Below, piece by piece: positions 1-14,272 of a DNA stretch of 64,000 nucleotides (positions within the stretch are counted from its first letter, which is position 1; the number at the start of each line of letters is the position of its first letter). The DNA lies in assembly GCA_905178155.1 (NCBI GenBank), contig CAJINV010000011.1, positions 2,714,485 to 2,778,484 on the forward strand. Reading direction: 5' to 3'. The translations under genes and the position numbers were made by a program. The notes under the pieces were generated by a model. It was not told the origin of the DNA. It did no database searches and saw nothing but the letters and a program-made list of their open reading frames with translations. The DNA is from Amoebophrya sp. A120 (lineage: Eukaryota > Protista > Dinoflagellata).

Positions 1-146
1 GTAGTTGTTCACAGACATCGTTACTAATGGAAATGCTTCATCGGGATGTAGCGCTAGCGATGCTCGTGGAGCATCAAGAGATACTAATGCTTGTTTCGTG
101 TGTCGGGGGCTAAACCACACGGACGATGATTCTGATTGTAACAACA

Positions 147-2580
147 CTACGATCGAGCACCAGGCGGGTTTTTTTTCGACTTCGGCTGCATGTAACTTCT
201 CGAGGGTCGCTGCTGAAACAGAACCGCGTCGTCTTGCTCGCTTTCGGGTAGTTGTGCTGGCGCGGCCGCAGTAGACATCAGCAATTCGTCATCATGCTGC
301 ATGAACGAAAGTAACTCCGCCATGTTGGCGTTTTCCCGTTCTTCTTGCGCTCGTGCCTGTTCGAACTGTCTTTCGTTGAAATTCACAAGCACATTGACGT
401 CCGTCGGGATTTCGCCGATGTCGGGCTTTTCTCCCGGAGCACCCGCAGCTGCGGAGGACAAAGAAATGGGGCCGCGTTCCTGGTTGGTTGTGGGTCTAGT
501 TCTTGGCGAAGCTCCTGGTGATGGTGCTGCCCCTGCCCCTCCGGCAACTACAACATTATCGTAGTTGTTGATGGAGTTGAAATCGAAAATCGTGTTTGTC
601 GGGCGTTTTCGTGGCACTTTGGACAACAGCTCGTAAAATTCGTCCAGTTTTTCCGCGCTGGACCATGTGTGGTCAGTTCTCCGGAGAATGCGCACCTTCC
701 CGCTCTTCGGATTCTCTTTCGCCTCGATCAGCATGGCGGTGAAGTCAAAAATCTCCCTCGTCGGTCGCTTTCTAGGGCGAGTAGACATGGTTGCTCCGGC
801 GCCACCTTGTTCGTTGTCATGGTGCGCCGCATATGAACTGCAAAAGTATCGTACTCATATAAATGCATTTCTCAGCATGAGAAATAAAATTTGTAAATGC
901 TGACTTGCCTTTAATGCAAGACCTGCATTTATACGAGTACGATACTTTTGCACAGCATACCACACTAGCGTCGTGTGTCGTCGTCGTCTTCGACCCTGTC
1001 GGCGTCCGCGTAATGTGCAACGTTTCGGAAAAAACACTTCTCGGGCTGCTCTCACCTACACCTGTGCCGAAGGTAGAGGATCCGAAATTTTCACTCATCA
1101 GCTCCCCTTCTGGGGCAACTCCTGGCCGCTTTCGACTTTGCTTGTGCTGTCCCGCGGATGAAGATATAATCGCCAAATTCGGGCCCAGACCCTCCCGCTC
1201 AATCCGCTGTAAGATTGACAGCCTCTCCTGCTCCCGCATTTTGCGGAAATCGAGCAGCTTCGCTTTTCTCGGTTTACTCTGCTGCGCCAGTAACAGCCTG
1301 TGCGTCTCGGCGGCTCTCTTCCGGTTCTCCAAAATCGTCGCATCCGGATCGTCGCGAACGTAATTCGGCCATTCGCTTGCTGTCGGAGGGAACTTCAGCG
1401 GGTATTGGTATTTCGTCCTACTCAAACTCGTGTCCCAGAGACCGGGGACGATGGAAACCACTCCGTCACTGCTGTCGATGTCTTCAACGAGGGAAGAAAA
1501 TGTGTAGAAATCTGGACCTAGAGAAACCGCTTTCTGCAAAACTTTCGAAATCAGAGTTTGCAACTGCTCTTTGACAGTACTGTTCTTGCCAGCAGTTCCT
1601 TTGCTGGTATTTCCCTTCACCACGCCCCTGCTTGAGATGTTCTTAGCGGTGGCGCCGATTTCTAGTTCACTGGGTACGTCGGTGTCTGGGTGTTCCGTAC
1701 GCGGGGTGTTCGTCCGTGGCGTGTTCGTCCGTGGGGTATCCACGTAGGCTCGCGGCGTGTGATGCGGCAGCTCGGTGTTCTCACTGGAGGATGAATCGAG
1801 ATTGGTTGTCACGTCAAGGACACGGTGGTCCTGCTCAAGAATATCTGCGCTGTGCTCGCCCTCTGTTTGCGGTTCTCCACCGCCTCTTGGGGTCCAGTGC
1901 GGCGTGTCGGTTTCGTGGGGCTCCTCCGCATCCGCGCGCGGTGTCCAGTGCGGCGTTCCAGCTTGAGTAATTGTGTCCTCAGCTCCAGTTGCTGATGAAG
2001 GAGAAGCAGCTTGTTGTTCTGCAGCTTGGTCCTGGTGGTCATGCTGTTGGGCTTGATCCAGTCGCGAATTATTATGTGCAGCATTTCTGCTGTGACGTGC
2101 CAATCCGCCACCGACGAGCACACGGGGAGGTGATTCCGGTTTGGCAGCTGGTGGTGCAGGTGAAAAAACAGCACCGCCCTTCCCCTTGTTCTTCTCTTTA
2201 TTCTGCGCTACCGCAGACAAGTTGAGCGAAGTCTTTCCCAGCAGATCATCTTCTAGCGCCGGCAAAGCTTCCGATCCTCGAGGCAAAGCCACAACAGACG
2301 GACGCGAAACCCGAAAAGGCGCTCGAGTTGTATGTGTATCTGGATTAGCAGTGTTCCCCGCTACTTCTGATTCCAAGCCCTTCCACGCTTTGACGCATTG
2401 GATCACGTTATTCGTTTTGGCTTTCGAGGACTTTAGAAGCTCCTGCCGGAAATACAGCTCCTCGTCCCGATAAACCCTTACCCCAGGAGTTCCAATGATC
2501 GGAACCGACGCTGCAATGTGGTCGCGCGGATCGGGCAGGAAACTTTGGTCCTTCAGGACAAGATGCTTAGTGCGGCCCAT
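147..2580 (-). CDS. Hypothetical low-complexity protein (~766 aa), two exons joined across the element at 832-959
   Basis: ORFs 817..2580 and 147..788 join in frame (...THDAS-AAHHDNEQ...) when 133 bp (element + one 5-bp repeat) is removed. Contains many TP[R] motifs and a duplicated RKRPTxxIFDF. Confidence 0.7.
832..959. mobile_element. Introner/MITE-like non-canonical intron, family A
   Basis: TIRs tatgaactgcaaaagtatcgtactcatataaatgca ... tgcatttatacgagtacgatacttttgcacagcata. Flanks ccgca (827-831) / ccaca (960-964). Confidence 0.85.
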
Positions 2581-3334
2581 TTTGATGGAGATGCGGCTTC
2601 GTGTTCGTGGTGTACTAAAAACTTGAATGAGGCGGGATCGGGAAAGTTAGTCTTCATAACATACAGAAAGGATACAGAAAGGGGGCGGATTACGGATGCA
2701 TCATATGAATGAATATGGGTGGCGGTGGTGGTGGTCTGTAAAATGCAACAGGGTGACTAGCTTCAGCTTTATCTTCTAGACGAAACGAAATGGATGCGCA
2801 AAAACAGCTTCAACAACGTGAGAATAGATGCAATTGACATCGGACGAATACCGAATTTTGAGCAGAATCTTGATTGCACTCACAACCGAAATGGGCAGGA
2901 GCCTGTGCTGCGGCAAAGCCACATAGCTGCAACCGAGGACACTACTGTTTTGAGTCACAGACCGAGAGGAGACAAAACGACGAGCAATAAGAAGCACCTT
3001 TTCAACCACGAGAACGAAGCCGATTTTTAGTTTTGGAATACCGAAAATTAGCAACACAGGACGACCAGGGGGGTGCATGCTCAGCAACGAAGTGCGAATG
3101 CAACACAAAGTGTTTTCCCTTTCGCCGTTCCGTTTACAAGGGGCGGCGTAGAGCGCCCGTGCCTGTCCATCGTAGTGTAAAAGTTAAAGCTGATGTATAC
3201 TTAGTTTTTGCAATAAAAAGCCCTTCACTTGCGTGATATGCGTTGATGTTGAAGTGAGTGAACTCACCCTCTGATGTAGTGCAGAGCAGTGCTTTTACTT
3301 TTGGTAAATTGTCCCACAGCATAGCAACTCTTGT

Positions 3335-5764
3335 TCATTGCTTGTGCAACTTCGCCAGCAGAGCGTCCAACCTTTCCTCGTCGACAAATTCCATGCCTCG
3401 TTCCAACGCGTCTAACAACGACTCCACTTCGCTCTGCACTTCCTGCGGCAATTGCAAGGGCGGCAACCCGGTGGCGTTGTGTCGCTCGTTGAACGTTGGT
3501 GGCGGCGGCCCGGCGGGGGTGCTGTACCCACTGAGAAGACTCGCCTGGTTCGGGTCGAGCAAGGAAGACTGGGGTGTGGACAGCAAGCTGGACGTGTCGA
3601 ACTTCCCAGTGGGTGTGGATAGTTGCGCGGCGCCGGCTACGGGAGACGCTGCACCCGACCTGTTGCCAGCCCCGTTTGGCTGGCCATCTTCTTGCTCCAA
3701 ATGCAGGAAGCTTGCAAGCCTCCGTCGGATCTCATCGGCGTGAACGGCGGCCTGCGCGGGTGTTGGAGGCCGTAGTGCTTCCCTGCCTGCGGTTGGGTCG
3801 CGGAACGCCCAGCCGTCCGGTTTGTAGTTCGAGGTTTCTGGGTCCGTGTCAATCTTAGGCGGCCCGCCAACCGTACCGTACGTGGTTGAAGTAGCGCTCG
3901 AGGAAGCTTTAGTCGCCGTTGATGTCATCTCCGGTAACATTCCTGTTCTACCGCTTGTTGGCGCTCCCGTGCGCTGTTTCATCCCGTTGCGTCGGTTGAA
4001 AATGACTGGTAAAGTTGTTTTCTCGCCGGAGAGTGGGTTCTGCCATGTGACACGGTCGGCCGGAGGACATATCGTGTCCTCACTAGACTCCTGCTGCTTG
4101 TTTCTGCTCCTGGTTGTTGTGCCACCAGACGCCGTTGGACCACGCGCAGACTGGTTACCTGGAGCTCCTCTAGCGCTGGTCCCGCCTCCGCCAGCAGAAG
4201 TTGCCCCCGCTCTATTTTTTGCCCCGCCTGCGCCACTGGAAGATTTTCCCGGAACAGCTGGCTTTCCGGTTACTACGCCAGCACCGTAGAAGTCCATCGC
4301 TTCTAGCTTCTTTGCGACCTCCGCGCCGCCCGGAATGTAGCTCAAGGGCACGTACCGGAGGACAAACGCTGTTGTGCGGAGAGATTTGTCCATCACACTG
4401 CTTCCGGTGGGAACCACCACAACGTCGTACAAAATCTGCCCGAGCTTCTTGCTCAATCCGAGGAAGAGCTCCTGGCCGCTCGTTTTTTTCTCCTCCACGT
4501 CCGCAATCCACTTCTTCGCCGTGGTTTCGTCTGCGTACTTGTGGCGCGCGCGAAAGAAGCCGAAGGTGAACGTGTGCAGCTTTTTTCGCCAGAAAATCAT
4601 GGGCCAGATGAAAATATTCGTTGCTGCGAAAATGTACTTCCAATTCTTCGTCCGGAGGAAGAAGTCGTTCTCCATAAAGCCGTAGTGGAGAACCAAAAAG
4701 CTGATCGCAGCGACCGCGCAGTCACCAACGGCTTTGATCTTTATTTTCGAGGATTTTTCATGTTTATTTTGATTTTCAAGAACGAAGATTTGGATCGCCT
4801 TTTACTTTCATACCTTTGAGAAATCAGTTCAGAAAAACCAAACGCAGTCTCAACAGGAACAGACGATCGATATATACCACTTTACATTATCAATACTCTC
4901 TAGAGGTAAGTACCTTCCTTCCATCTTCCGGCAGCTCCAACACACATGGTCTCCTTAAATACCACCGTCCGGTGAAAACGAGCGCAACCAAAATCGCGGA
5001 CACCGGCAGCCAAAAGGGGAAATCTCGCCATTTCTGTTGGATGTTCAGCATCCACACGGTCCAGGTGCTCCAGGGGATGACGGCGTAGGCGAGGAAGGGA
5101 AAAATCGCCGGTAGCGGCGGATTTGCGTACTGCGGCGGCAAATCGGCGAGATAGTAGAAGAGCCTGGAAGAGAAGTACAAGGCGGCGTTGATAATCGCCT
5201 GGTAGACGGAAACCACGACCATGATCTTGTAAAGAACAGGATGGATCATGGGGAGGACGTCCAACTGTCCGTAGGTGAAGTAGTAGACGAAATGATGGCC
5301 GGCCACGAGACTTGGGAATAGGATGTCGTAGGCGTAGCAGAGGTAGGGTCGGATCTGGTTTGTATTATGGACATAGGGGAATCTTCGTCAATTGCTTTTT
5401 CGATTCCGAGGGCAAGGGTGTGGGCTGATAAGTCGAAATGCATGTCAGAATCATGATCGAAAGGGTGCCAGGCATGTACACCCGCACATCTAAACCATAC
5501 CAGCAGCGGCTGCTTCTCCGAAAGCTTTCGTTCCCTCAGCCTGTAAATCTCCACCGCGCAGAACGTCAAGAGTGTGGTGACTGCCGCGATGTGGGTTGCC
5601 TCTACCGCGAGCACGACAAGGAAGTGCAGAATCTTCGGAATCATGGGCAGAATGTTGTGCATCGCGGAAAGTGGGAAGATGTTCTTCAGTTTTCGCAACT
5701 TCTTGTTTTTCTTGGAATTCCGGAAATCCGGCGGCAGCGGATCCCGCCCGAGGGGGACCGGCAT
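3335..5764 (-). CDS. Polytopic membrane protein with low-complexity C-terminus (~702 aa, 3 exons)
   Basis: GT-AG introns at 5355-5500 and 4739-4913 join ORFs 5246..5764, 4890..5306 and 3335..4696 in frame. Several hydrophobic segments. Confidence 0.7.
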
Positions 5765-6399
5765 GGCGGTGGGTGTTGGGGTTGGCTCTTAAGACACTGG
5801 TCGGCTTCGTCCTTGAGCTCGATCTTGAAGCAATCAAACGTAAAATTTCATCCCTTGGAAAGCTAGCTATCGGAACGTTTGTTGTTGCAACAGGCACGAC
5901 GCTGGCGCCCCCGAAAGAGCTGTGCTAGGTCGTTTGGTTGCTTGCGCACTTAACTCAACTTAGATTCTCACTCTCTTACATTTGATTCCTGCATTCTCCT
6001 CCCCCTCCTTTGGGTGTCAACAACCAAGAGCATTCTCATCCAAAAAACGGTGTATCTATGTGTAATTGAATACGAATTAAGCACTACACCACTCCTACTC
6101 CCAGTTCCCGTTCTGCACTACCGTCTCTCTCCCCGCTATCATATGGTGAAGGTGAGCTCGCTCTCGCACTCGCTGAGCTCGGTTGTATTGGTTTGCACAG
6201 AGAAAAACCAGCAGCTGCTTCATGACTAGAAAACACTTGCTAGAGCACTGGTCCCCCTTGGTTGGGTGCAATCGCGTCTACAAAGAAAGCAACGCTCGGT
6301 GGCGGACTGCCGATCCGCGTCATCTCCTTTGTTTTCAGTTCTTTCACATTTCCAACCCTCTTGGCAGCTTCGACGCCTTTCATCCGGGCTGCAACTCCA

Positions 6400-7190
6400 T
6401 GAGAGGCCGATCGCGGGGGCCAAGCCGCTGGCCATCAAAATGATAGTGAGGGGCCGCGCCTGCGAAGGGTGCGGCGGGCCTGCATACAAATTGCTAGCCC
6501 GCCGGCGGCAGAGAAACACTCACAGCGTGCGAGCAGCGGCGGCCGGCCGCCCGGCTGGCTTCCTCGCTCACAGACACATGGCGCACGGCCGCAGGGCGCG
6601 ATCGGGGCGGCAAGCGCACCGGGGCGGCCCGGGCTGCGCGCGCGCGGCCCGCGCAAATGCAGCCAGAGCAATGCGGGGCGGCCTGGGCAGGGACAAAAAG
6701 AAGCGCGCCCCAGGGGAGGGCGGGCACCGGGCGGCGGCGCGCTGCGCGCGGCTCTTGGTTCCTTCTTGTTCGTCCATACGCTGCGCCCGTCTTGGGCGGG
6801 GCGCCGTTTGCTGGAGATTGCCCGTTTCGATTCGCTGCGACGCCCGCCCCCCTGCTCGCGCCCCGGCAGTTCCCAGCCGGTCTCGTCCCGCTGGCCCAGA
6901 CTGACTCACGCATCGGCCCGGCGCCATATTAAGCAACACGCCCGCGGCCCCAAAGCGCCATTCTTTCACAATCGGAGCCAGTAAGCCGCTTCTGTAGCAT
7001 GCAACGCACACCCTCCGGCGCCGAAATTCGGCGGCGAAGCGAGTGTGCGGATTCAGATCCCCGGCCGCGCGACGCGAAAGCACGTGCGCGGAATGGAAAC
7101 AATCCCATCCGCGCATGGCTCCACCAGGCGGTACGAACCACAAAGAAGACGAAGCGGAGGCTCCCGCTTGTAACGGTCGCAAACACCGGA
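6400..7190. other. GC-rich island of unknown function
   Basis: Abrupt GC/CpG enrichment. ORFs in all six frames are Ala/Arg/Pro/Gly-rich with no recognisable product. Boundaries approximate. Confidence 0.55.
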
Positions 7191-7659
7191 CGCAGAGCTT
7201 GATCTTGAATCAATCTTCACCCATCAGAGTCATACTAAGCAAATACACAAAGTAGTAAGTAGTCAGCATGGTGTCCGACCCAGACACTGCCAGGTCCTAT
7301 AGCAAAATGAAGTTCCTCACTCTCATTTCTATCTTTCTCTTGTTTGTCATAAGTGCTTCTGTTTGAGGCATCAACATCTCTCGGCTTTCTCTACTTCTCC
7401 CTTCTCACATTGACCTTCCTGCTCAGTCTCATATCTTGTGCTCGGTAGAAGTGAGTAGCTCGCCACACAGAATGGATCACCGCTGGCTTCTTGTTCCATT
7501 CCCACACACACGTCGCGGCTCCAACGTGTCCAACAGATCGACGGGCCAAAGATCGCTACAATGGCAGTCAACCAGTTACCAGCTGCAACCAACGAGTAAG
7601 AGGGCGGGCTCCATGCTGAGGAGAACAATACAAACTAGCCAGCCCAACGCTCCCTCGCC

Positions 7660-8400
7660 CCAGAGATAGGCGGCAGCCGTTCCACCTTGTCTGGGTTTGG
7701 CGCCATCCACAGTCATAGCGCTACTGGTGGCCAAGGCACATCGCGCGGGCTGCGCCAGGCCACAGGCGTTGTCGCGTCGCAGGCGCGTAGATGCATCGAC
7801 CATCCAAAGCGGCCCAGAAGGCCCGTCCTCATGCACAACGCGACCCGCCCCACAATAGGGGGCCGCTAACGCGGGGCGGGCCAGAAGGCTGCAGGCCCGC
7901 CACGTCACCCACACAAAGGGCCGGGGGGCACAATCGGCCGCGCGGCAAGACGGCCCCCGATCTGCATGAAGAGGAGAAGTGCCCGGCCGGGCTTGCGCCC
8001 CCCAGACACTGACAAGCACGGACGCGCCGAATTCGTGGAGCAGAGCAACTGGCGACCAATGCGCACCAACGGCCGGGGCCGGAGACGCCGGCTCTGGAGA
8101 GGCTGAGGCAGGCCCCGCCGGCTCTGGAGAGGCTGAGGCGCACCCCGCCACCCCCCGCAAAACGATGACCGGGCACCGCTACCAGCGCAAGGAGTTCGCG
8201 CATCCTCTGCAAAAACGGCCGCGCCCCCGTGTCTTCTTGCGGGCCCAGGAATGGCGAAGCTTCGCAAAGGGCCCTGTACGTCCCCCGGTGTCGGCAGCAG
8301 TCGTGGCGCCGGCGTCTCGCCGAGCGTCAGGGCCACCAGAAGAACGCCGCGCCTTTCGTTCACGCGTGGGCACAGTAGTACCGACGGCGGAGCAGACTCC
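7660..8400. other. GC-rich island of unknown function
   Basis: GC-rich block containing a 30-bp-period duplication. Boundaries approximate. Confidence 0.5.
8086..8139. repeat. Tandem duplication, 30-bp period
   Basis: cgccggctctggagaggctgaggc at 8086-8109 and 8116-8139. Confidence 0.9.
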
Positions 8401-9524
8401 ATATTGCGCAAACAAATGGGATCTAGAGGAAACGCCATCTAACAAACATCTACACGCTAACGCAGGTTCACGACCACATCATCGCCATACAGTATCATCA
8501 CAACCAACTACAGGGTGTACATATGAACTACTCTTGTCCGTTGTGATGGTTTAAGATTTATACGGCAATCTCGTCCTTGTATTCAACTCTAACGAGGAGT
8601 CAGAGTCCCCATTGGTATGCCTCTCTTTCTGGTAAATTTTTTTTTCCTGTATCATCGCTCGTGACTCTAACTCTTTCCACCCTCATAGCTTGCTCATTAT
8701 CTTCTGCGTCAGTGTCATGATGTACGCTTGCAGCACCACTACAAGATGAACCACATCTCGTTTCATCACACAATGAAAGACTAAACCATTTTAGACGCGC
8801 TGGTCCAACGAATCAGACTCGCCGTTGACCGTGATTTTTTTCAATTTTTCACAATAACAACACAATTTTTTTGCAGTACATTTTTCCACGTCACTGAGAA
8901 ACCACAGCAGTTCGAGTCCCTTTCTTCATAATGTACAAGTGAAAAGGAAGAGGCATGACATTTAGGAAAGAGTGACGTGACTATTCTCAACTTTCGTAAC
9001 TGTAACAGGGTTCATTTGCGATATCGATAAAATTCATTTGCATTTAAAGGTTTAATTGAAACGTCGCCTATTTGCTGTAAAATCGTCGATAAAAGTTGTA
9101 AAAGTCAATTTCAGACACAGACGAGAACAAGTAGTGTTCTTCGTCTGCCCACTTAAAAGATGTGATTCACGTGCAAGATCTTCACGCGGCCCACTTCAAG
9201 AGTATCAGTATTTTGCTGTAGTTGTTTCGAAACTATCAGCAGCCCGACTAAGTTCTAGATTCGTTCTATCGGTCTTTTATCTGCCCGTTCTTGTGCACCA
9301 AAATGACACTCGGTGCTGTGCTATTCAATTTTTCTTTCTAGTCCTCCGGTACAACTAGCGCTGTTTCAAGTAAAACCGCAGTGGTCGTCCCACAGTGATA
9401 CCTAATTGATCAGAGTTTGTCGCTCCAGCGCTATCTAAAAAGACTTCTCGTTTTGATTTCTACTTTTTTCAACATTTTCGAAACCAATGTTGTACCCCAC
9501 CCCCTTGTACTGTTTTCTCTCCGC

Positions 9525-11366
9525 TTAATCGTAGTCCTTGGGGCGGCGGATCTTGACCCGGTGCTTGAACAGCTTGTCAAACGCCACGTGCTTGTCCGCG
9601 AACACCCGGGGCGCCATGGAGGGCATGGGGTACAGAAACTGGTGCTCGTACACGTGGGCCTCCTCGCCCGCCTTCAAGTGCGACTTTTCCAGCGAGCTGG
9701 TCGTCGTGATGTCGATCTTCTTGTCGGGTTTGTTGTGCTTCGTGACCGGGTTCGCCAAGTCCACCGAGATCTCGCTGCGCGTGTCGTGCGCGAACCGGAA
9801 GTTGCGCTTGTAGTCGGTTTTCTCCTTGGCCATCTCCGGAATGCCGCCGTTCTTCTCGATGAGCTGGTCCAGGGAGTAGGTCGTGCCCAGGGTGCGCACC
9901 CCGTTCTGCGGGGGGCGGTAGCGCCCGATGTTCTTCATGATCTTGTTCGAGTAGAAGAAGTACTTGTCAAACAGCGGCGGGTTATGGATCTGTCAGGAAC
10001 GAAATCGACAAAGTTGAAATGATTTGTCATGCAAAAAATGGATGCTAGTTGTAACCCAGTCTCCAAGTGGCGCATGACAATTTGGCTAGAACCGAAATCC
10101 AGTTTGTCATGCTGTTTGGGTAAAGATGACGCCTTTTGTCATGCTGACGCCACTTTAGCAGCTCAGTTTCTACCCCTCAACAGGCTTACAATCTGCCTCA
10201 CTTGCCTACTCTGCAAGACAGGGGCTTTCGCTTTGTGGGCTGCATTTTATGCATGACAAATCAATTCAACTTTGCCGATTTCAATCCTGACACTCCCATA
10301 CGGATTCTGTTCCGTGTACACGATCGGGTTGCTCACGTAACTCCCGTCGTCCGAGATGGAGATGGTCGTCTTTACGTCCTCTTTTTTGCTGTTTCCACCT
10401 TCCGCAGCGGATTTGCTGCGCTTTTTCTTCTTTTTAGACGAGGACTTCTTCTTCAGCCCGAGCGTATCCCCGAACAGGGCGGCATTTTGTTCTGCTCCTA
10501 CCTTCCGGTCCGCCTTCGACGCGGAAGACCCGATGCTGGTGCCCGAGACGTAGCTGCTCGCCACCTCGGAGGACAAGTAGGAGCTGGCGGAGCTGATCAC
10601 ACTGCTGACGTCAGACGCGGCGTCATCGACGTCGCGCTTCTTCGACTTGGACTTCTTCTTTTTCGTTGTCACTCCGTCCTTCTCCCAGGGCCCAAAGGGA
10701 CCCTCGTTTTTCGGGTCGAAGGCGTGGTCGCGCTGGATGGAGGTGACCGGCAACTCCGCGTTCGCGCCGCTGCACCCGCCGCCCACCGCGCCGGGCTCGT
10801 CGAGGAAGCGGGACTCCGATCGGGTCAGGTTCGTCACCGCGTTGCCCTCCGCGTGGTCGACGGCCTCCTTCTTCTTGATGTACTTGGCGTGGCTGTCCCG
10901 CGGCAGCCCGCTGTCAGACTGCGTGCCGTCCCGGTCGTCCGCGACCTTGTGGTGCTTCTGGTACAATTCGGGAAGTTTGGTCGCCACAAAGGCGGCCAAG
11001 TCGTCCATCTCGTTGCCCGGTTGCGGTTGCACCTCGCCAGAACGGATCTTCTGCGCGCGCTCCTCCAAATATGACAGTGCGCAACTCCCCCTCCCCTCGT
11101 TTGTAATGCAAAATCCCGAAAAATCTAGTCGCTGCGCTGCCTTGTAGCACACTTTGCATGACAAGTTCGGGAAGCCCAAAGAGTTGTACTACATTCGGCG
11201 CATGAACTTGTCATGCTCAGGCTCCATCAGTGGTCGTATTGCTGTTCATACCAAACAAATGAGGGGGGGGGGGAGTTGTGCACTCTCATACCAAATATGC
11301 CCATTCCTTCCGCTGTCGGGCGCTGAACTTGGCCTCGCCGCCGGCGTCCACGGCGGACGAGGGCAT
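9525..11366 (-). CDS. Hypothetical Lys/Ser-rich protein (~430 aa), three exons split by two introner elements
   Basis: ATG at 11366. Removing 226 bp gives ...KEWAYLEERAQK... and removing 323 bp gives ...YTEQNPPLFDKY..., joining ORFs 11286..11489, 10247..11179 and 9525..9938. Confidence 0.75.
9983..10300. mobile_element. Introner/MITE-like non-canonical intron, family C
   Basis: ~55-bp imperfect TIRs tatggatctgtcaggaacgaaatcgacaaagttgaaatgatttgtcatgc / gcatgacaaatcaattcaactttgccgatttcaatcctgacactcccata. Flanks cgggt / cggat. Confidence 0.85.
11070..11290. mobile_element. Introner/MITE-like non-canonical intron, family D
   Basis: TIRs tatgacagtgcgcaactccccc... / ...gggggagttgtgcactctcata. Perfect 5-bp direct repeat ccaaa (11065-11069, 11291-11295). 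Confidence 0.88.
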
Positions 11367-12169
11367 GGTTGGGGAGTTTTGGAAAGTTGCTCTTCGATCT
11401 TCACGAGGTGAGAGCGAGGAGAGGGGTGAGAAAAGGTCAGGGGGAAAAAAAAATTCGTTGGGACTATAATTCGTTTTCGGATTAGACAATGTGTTTTGCA
11501 GTGCAGAAGAGCTATCTTCTATCCAATCTTAGTCTTTCTCGTTTTCCGAATGATAAAATCTACGTCTAGGCGTAATTTTTCAAGTGGTCCTCTACTGATG
11601 GATGCTATGGCAACAATGTTGATTGTGATTCGTATCCTCTTCGAGCAATCAATTACGAACGTGAACGAACCCTCCCAATTGCTCAGCCCACGAATACTTT
11701 TGGCCTTTTGTTTCATCACTCAAACTCAAGGCTGGTACCAGGTACGATTTTATTTGCGAGGCAGAGTTAGAAACTGTTCCTGCGGTTGGCGATATGTTGA
11801 TTGCAATGTCGTTCTTCAGGTTCACTAATATATTTCCGAGCAAGTAGCGACCACTCTCTAGCAGTCACGTCGCGAACTCGTCTTGTTCATGGCGTGGGTT
11901 TAAATGACGTGAATGTTGTCTGTGAACCAAGAACAGTATTGGACTTTTTCGAGCCTTGTAGGCGAATTGAAAATACATGCTACATTCATACCACTCATCA
12001 ACATGACTGGATACCTTGCGCAGAGCGCTCCCCTCCAACTTAAATAAGAACGACGACGATGATGGGCCCACACGGATAGAACGATAGTGATAGAACAGAA
12101 ACTACGGCACCACAGACACTCAACAGGACTGAGGGAGGACAACTCGCACCCTGTAGCTGCGAAAACTTT

Positions 12170-13325
12170 ACTAGCGCGATCGCCCCTACGACGAGGGAAA
12201 ACAAAAATGGGGCCCCACCCCCAACTTCTGACTGACACAACAAGCCAGCAGACGTACGCCGCGACCCCTCCGCGCGATTGATTAATCGGCGCGGGGGAAG
12301 CCTGCTTGCCTGGCTGGCAATTTCGGCCCCGCCCGCAACAAGGCAGGCCGCGCGGGCGCAAATCTTGCATCCCACCAACCTACTGCCTGGCGCGAAGCTC
12401 CGGCTGCGTTCCATCCGAGGCCGAGGCCACGCAGCCAAGAAAGCAGCAAGGGGGCCCGCCAGGCGCGGAAGCGGCGGGCACACATCGCCACGGCAGAAGG
12501 CTCGCGCCGGAGCACATCGCAGGGAAACAGGCCGGCCGCAAAGACGAGGCTGCTCGGGCGGCGAGGCCGCCCCCGGGTCGGTGGGTCCGTTGGGCGCGCG
12601 CGCAGGTCCGGTCGTTGGGGTTTCCTGGGCATAGAGGCTGGCTGCAGGGCCCACAGGACCTTGTTGCGGCGGTGCTCGAAATCTCGGCAAGGCTTGGCTC
12701 GCCGGCGCGCTCGGCTTGGTTCGCGAGCGTCCCGCGCCGCCCCCGCGCGAGGGAGCTGCGGCGCGCCGCCTGAAGTGCCTGGGGGGCGGGGGTGCGCCAC
12801 CAGACAGCCGACCAAATAAACGGCCGCGAGGCAAATGCGCGCGATGCTCGCGCACCGCCCCGGCCACCAGGACAACCGGGGGCCGCCCGCAAAGCTAGCA
12901 CGCGGCCGGCGCCTTCCCCCCCGGGCCGGAAGCAAGGCCGCTGCGCCCCGGCGGCATAACTTAGGGGTCGCCACAAGGCGCGCCGCCTCAGGGCTGTCGA
13001 TAGCCGCGCAGGACCTTCCCCAGACCGCAGGGCCCTCCGTGTTGACGCAATACAAGGCCAAGCGCGGCGTCCTTGGCCTTCGTGCGCCCCGTCCCCATTC
13101 TGATGGTCCGGCAGGCCGCGCATTTGGCCGAGGCCCATTCTCTCGAAAGCTGCCCCAGCCCGCCGGGGGCTGCGCGCCCCCCGCGCGCGGCCGTCTTGTG
13201 CCCCCCCTGTCGCCGTTGCCAATCGGCGCCAATGCCTGGGCGCCACAATCATCGCCAGGCTACGCAGCCGACCCGGGCCCGCGCCGGCCCTGCACCCGGA
13301 GCATGATCACAATGCCCCGGCGTAT
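12170..13325. other. GC-rich island of unknown function
   Basis: Strongly GC-rich ~1.1-kb block with no credible protein. Boundaries approximate. Confidence 0.55.
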
Positions 13326-14272
13326 CTACTAACGAAGGCGCTGAGAACTCGCAAGCTGATCTCTCTTTGTTGAGAGCGTGAAGACGTTGCCGAACACGAT
13401 GCTGCCGTGCGGTTATCTTGTTATCGCGTGTCAACGCGGCAAAGAACAGCAGATTCGATACCGAACAAGCAAGCTAGGCCTTCGCGATGAGAAATTCGGT
13501 GCGTTTTTTCTTGTTGAGTCGATAACTACTATCTCTATCTCTACGCCATCCTCGACCCCATCATTCAACAGGTAGTCTTTTTTTTGGCTGCTCGTGAAGA
13601 TGCTCGAGCTAGGTAGGGACCAGTGAGCCATATTCATTTTCATGAGAGAGCAGCACCAGACTAAGCAAAGACAAAGTAGTAGTGTGGCTCAATCATCTTA
13701 ATCTCATTCCGTTCCGATGTGCGATCAAAGTTGTTGTGTCGGGGTTGCACTGCCAGCGCCGTACGGTCGTGGTCGACGATGTCAAATTTATTGTTGTGCG
13801 CACTGCCCTTTTCTCTGCCAGTTCGACCACAACGCCGGAGATGAGATCACAGAAACAGAAATTGCGCGACGCATTCCATTTTTTCCCGGCCGCAGCGCGA
13901 ACCCAATAGCGATCATGCACATGATGCTCACGCAGCTGCAGTGCACGCCAGCGTAGGCACTCCGCTTGTCGCCAGCATGATCTTGAAGAAGAGGACTACA
14001 GCTCGCTTATGGTGTCACTGGTGATCTATTTGTTGTGGTTCTGCAGGAGCGGATCGAGATCAGGTTGCTGAACACTCGGTGACGAAACGTTCTTAGATGA
14101 AGCTGTTGAAGCCCCTTCTGCTCGTAGAGGCGCTTCCTGGCTACTCCTGGGATGTTGAACCGAGGACTGGGTACTGACACAGTGTGTTTATTTGGCGAGA
14201 TGGAAGAAAAGTAGAAGAGCAGTCGTGCAGGTGCAGCCACGCCCTTGTATGAGTGAATTTCTATTTCATTCA

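Noticed and set aside
11500-14270. Short minus-strand ORFs at 11.5-12.1 kb and 13.4-14.3 kb
   Set aside because: I could not assemble a coherent spliced product or recognise a family.
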